The notes under the pieces are model-generated. The model did no database searches and had not been told where the DNA came from. It saw only the letters and a list, made by a program, of their open reading frames with translations. 17,753 bases of DNA from Rhodothermales bacterium (lineage in GTDB: Bacteria > Bacteroidota > Rhodothermia > Rhodothermales > VXPQ01), in the NCBI GenBank assembly GCA_040904565.1, contig JBBDTI010000081.1:1-17753 (forward strand), given 5' to 3'. Position 1 is the first letter of the stretch. Every line of letters starts with the position of its first letter. The translations under genes and the position numbers were made by a program. Below, piece after piece: positions 15,201 through 17,753 of the stretch.

Positions 15201-15515
15201 ATGCGAATCGCCTTTAAGATGCACGTTTACGCGGACCGCGTTGATGAATACATTGAGAGGCATAATCCAATCTGGCCCGAGCTTGATACGGTATTGAAAG
15301 AGCACGGCGTTCGAACCTACTCGATCTTCCTCGATCGGGAAACGAACGAGCTGTTTGCTTATGCCGACATCGAGGACCTCGACGCGTGGCAGCGCGTAGC
15401 CGAAACGGACGTGTGCCGTAGATGGTGGAAACACATGTCGCCGCTCATGGCTACGAACGACAACGACAGTCCGACGACGACCGAACTGGAAGAAGTCTTC
15501 CACATCGAGGAATAA
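15201..15515 (+). CDS. rhaM: L-rhamnose mutarotase
   Basis: 104 aa with RIAFKM, EYIERHNPIWPEL, YSIFLD, LFAY, CRRWWKHMSPLM and LEEVFH. Confidence 0.95.
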   Translation: MRIAFKMHVYADRVDEYIERHNPIWPELDTVLKEHGVRTYSIFLDRETNELFAYADIEDLDAWQRVAETDVCRRWWKHMSPLMATNDNDSPTTTELEEVFHIEE

Positions 15516-15539
15516 CAGCGGGCTTATACTCTTGCGAGC

Positions 15540-16397
15540 ATGACCGATCTTCGTCGCTATATTCCAGCGTGGATCAGGCGACCGGCTCGGTCGGTGCGCC
15601 GCACCTATAGGGAATTGACGTGGCGGAGTCGGTCCTTACCTGACTTCCTCATCATAGGTGCGCAGAAGGCGGGAACGTCCAGTCTGTTCGCCTACCTGGG
15701 CCAACACCCGCAGCTCATCCCGTCGCACATAAAAGAGGTCCACTTCTTCGATGGCGGACTGGACGAAGAGGTGGATACGTACGGCCTCGGAGAGGCGTGG
15801 TACAGATCGCATTTCCCCCGGCGCAGGATGCTGGGGCCGGATCGTATGACGTTCGAAGCGTCTCCGCTCTATCTATTCAACCCGCTGGCTCCCATGCGGA
15901 TCAGCGATCTCGTTCCGGAAGCCAGATTGATCGCCATTCTGCGGAATCCCACCGAAAGGGCTATCTCGCACTATCATCACTTCCGTCGGATCGGCTGGGA
16001 GTCACTTCCGATGCTCGAGGCGTTCCGCAGCGAGGAATCGAGGCTGGCGTCCGCTATCGAGCAAGAGTACTACAAAAGTCCATCATATATCCGCTACAGT
16101 TACAAACGTAGGGGGCTTTATCGGAATCAGCTCGCGCGCTATCTGGAGCACTTCCCGATGAGGAAGATGTTCATTGCGAGCAGTGAAGCATTCTTCGCAC
16201 GTCCCCGAACCGTGCTCGACGACGTGCTCGATTTTCTCGAGTTAGATGGGTACGTCGAGGCGGTCGACGTACGGCCTCGAAACGTCGGCTCGTACGAATC
16301 GAATTCGAACGCCGAGGCGCGCGACTATCTGGATGCGTATTTCCGTCCGCATAACGAAGCGCTCTTCGAGCTTATCGGACGACGCTTCAACTGGTAA
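15540..16397 (+). CDS. PAPS-dependent sulfotransferase (heparan-sulfate 3-O-/N-sulfotransferase-like domain)
   Basis: 5'-PSB loop LPDFLIIGAQKAGTSSL, KEVHFFD, EASPLY, 3'-PB RNPTERAISHY and C-terminal YFRPHNEAL. Confidence 0.93.
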   Translation: MTDLRRYIPAWIRRPARSVRRTYRELTWRSRSLPDFLIIGAQKAGTSSLFAYLGQHPQLIPSHIKEVHFFDGGLDEEVDTYGLGEAWYRSHFPRRRMLGPDRMTFEASPLYLFNPLAPMRISDLVPEARLIAILRNPTERAISHYHHFRRIGWESLPMLEAFRSEESRLASAIEQEYYKSPSYIRYSYKRRGLYRNQLARYLEHFPMRKMFIASSEAFFARPRTVLDDVLDFLELDGYVEAVDVRPRNVGSYESNSNAEARDYLDAYFRPHNEALFELIGRRFNW

Positions 16398-16406
16398 CCG
16401 GAATCG

Positions 16407-16849
16407 TCACGCTTTGGCGCCGTGGCGCGCTCCTCTATGGATAAACGGACCGTCCATAAACGGGTCGGCCTCGCTTAATTTGAGGAGACGTGGCAGGTTT
16501 ACGTCTGAAATCACCGCGCCCTTCTTCAGCAGTATGATTCCACGGGCGGTAACCAGATCCCGCGACAGGCCATGCCCGTCCGCAGATCTTTCGTGGTGAT
16601 CTCCACTTCGTCCGTCTCCGGCAGCACGCTGTCCTCATCGAGTACGATACCGGAGAACGCCTTCACGACGCGCGGGTCGAAACGCGTACCGCTGTGCTGC
16701 ACGACGTGCTCCAGTCCCGCCTCGGCCTGGGCGACCGTGAACCGGCTGTGCATGTTGAGAGAATTGTCGAAGTCATCCGCGCCCCGGACGACTTGGCACA
16801 GTACCTTGCCTTCGAGATCGGGCTTGCGTATTCTTTTTATGCAGTTCAT
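16407..16849 (-). pseudogene. Truncated, frameshifted C-terminal remnant of an HD-GYP phosphohydrolase/response regulator
   Basis: 'QVVRGADDFDN...QHSGTRFDPRVVKAF' is the end of an HD-GYP domain. After DLRTGM (ATG at 16573-16571) only 2 nt precede another frame reading LSRDLVTARGIILLKKGAVIS...AKA-stop (TGA 16409-16407), the typical 'LxxGMxLxRDL...G..LL..G' tail. No HD or GYP motif and no N-terminal domain are visible. Confidence 0.75.
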
Positions 16850-16945
16850 TGCGGGCTACCTCGCCATGTGTTTCCCGGGACGTCAGCCGCGCAGATGACG
16901 GGTCGAAGTCTTCCGTCATCGACCACGTATCCCCTACTCATCCGC

Positions 16946-17753
16946 ATGGACGTTATGAGCCGCGCTGATCTGTCATTCGTCACGCTAACCGGGTTTCTAC
17001 TCGCCGCGTTGGCATGCATCGCGCTCGGCGCCTGCACGCCGCCCGAGCAACCTGAGCAGGAATCCAGTCGCCTGCAGGGCGGGATCGTCGAGATAGGCAT
17101 CGGCACCGTCGAAACGTACGCCGACACCGATGCGGACGGCGCCCTGAGCGCCGTTGGCGTCGTCTTCTCGGATGGAGCGTTCGACGAGCTGCCGGACGAA
17201 ATCACGGACGGCCACCGCTGCTTCGACAGCAATGGTGATGGCGAGATCGATCCGCACGCCGAGTGTTCCGCGTGGCACGAACGGGTCCTCCCGCTGCCTT
17301 CAGAAATCAGCCGCCGTGACGACGTCCCCTTCAAGTGGGTGCTGCTCAACTGGAACAATCACGGGCACATACCGCCCGGCGTATGGGACGTGCCACACTT
17401 CGACGTTCATTTCTATATCGAGTCGATCGAGAAGATCTTTTCGCTGCAGCGGGGCGACTGCGGTCCCGAATTCCTGCGGTGCGATCAGTTCGAAATCGCC
17501 ACCCGTCCCGTGCCGGAACCGTACATGCACGCCGACTACGTAGACGTCGGAGCGGCGGCCCCCGCCATGGGTAATCATCTCGTCGATACGACCGCCGCCG
17601 AGTTCCACGGCGAACCCTTCACTCGTTCCTGGATCTACGGCGCGTACGACGGGGAGGTGATTTTCTACGAAGAGATGCTGGCGCTGAATTATCTCCGGTC
17701 CGAGCCGCAGGACTGCTATCCGATTAAGACTCCGCCTACCGTGCGGCTAAGCG
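16946..17753 (+). CDS. DUF5602-like (TTHB210-like) lipoprotein, partial (runs off the window end)
   Basis: Translated by hand; the frame is open from ATG 16946 (or 16955) to the window end. Lipobox LGA-C has Cys at 17033. Motifs are PFKWVLLNWNNHGHIPPGVWDVPHFDVHFY, PAMGNHLVD and FTRSWIYGAYDGEVIFYEEM. Confidence 0.85.
   Translation, partial: MDVMSRADLSFVTLTGFLLAALACIALGACTPPEQPEQESSRLQGGIVEIGIGTVETYADTDADGALSAVGVVFSDGAFDELPDEITDGHRCFDSNGDGEIDPHAECSAWHERVLPLPSEISRRDDVPFKWVLLNWNNHGHIPPGVWDVPHFDVHFYIESIEKIFSLQRGDCGPEFLRCDQFEIATRPVPEPYMHADYVDVGAAAPAMGNHLVDTTAAEFHGEPFTRSWIYGAYDGEVIFYEEMLALNYLRSEPQDCYPIKTPPTVRLS

Noticed and set aside
16846-17608. Listed ORFs 16846..17358(-), 16997..17278(-), 17154..17543(+), 17300..17608(-) and 17335..17574(+)
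   Set aside because: All overlap the open + frame from 16946, which has a lipobox and conserved-looking motifs.

Overview
GC-rich bacterial chromosomal window. Gene content and weak or absent Shine-Dalgarno sites suggest Rhodothermota/Bacteroidota (inference). It has four blocks. (1) 90-1678 (-): three tandem ElaB/YqjD/DUF883-like membrane-anchored stress proteins, one carrying a LEA-like 11-mer domain. (2) 2094-10441 (+): a co-oriented envelope cluster of a ~1000-aa periplasmic TPR protein, an atypical TonB-receptor-like outer-membrane barrel, a small HU-like protein, an HU-like/acidic linker/TM/SPOR protein, ExbB/TolQ and ExbD/TolR, with no TonB/TolA, TolB or Pal gene in the window. This is the best candidate for an uncharacterised energised trans-envelope or division system. 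(3) 10526-14968 (-): MhqA/O-type ring-cleaving dioxygenase, orphan HemS/ChuS and a CBM9-like/DUF5916 outer-membrane protein. (4) 15201-17753: rhaM, a PAPS-dependent sulfotransferase, a truncated and frameshifted HD-GYP remnant (-), and a DUF5602-like lipoprotein that runs off the end and is absent from the ORF track. No rRNA, tRNA, CRISPR or transposase was recognised. All family calls come from motif recognition by eye, not database searches.
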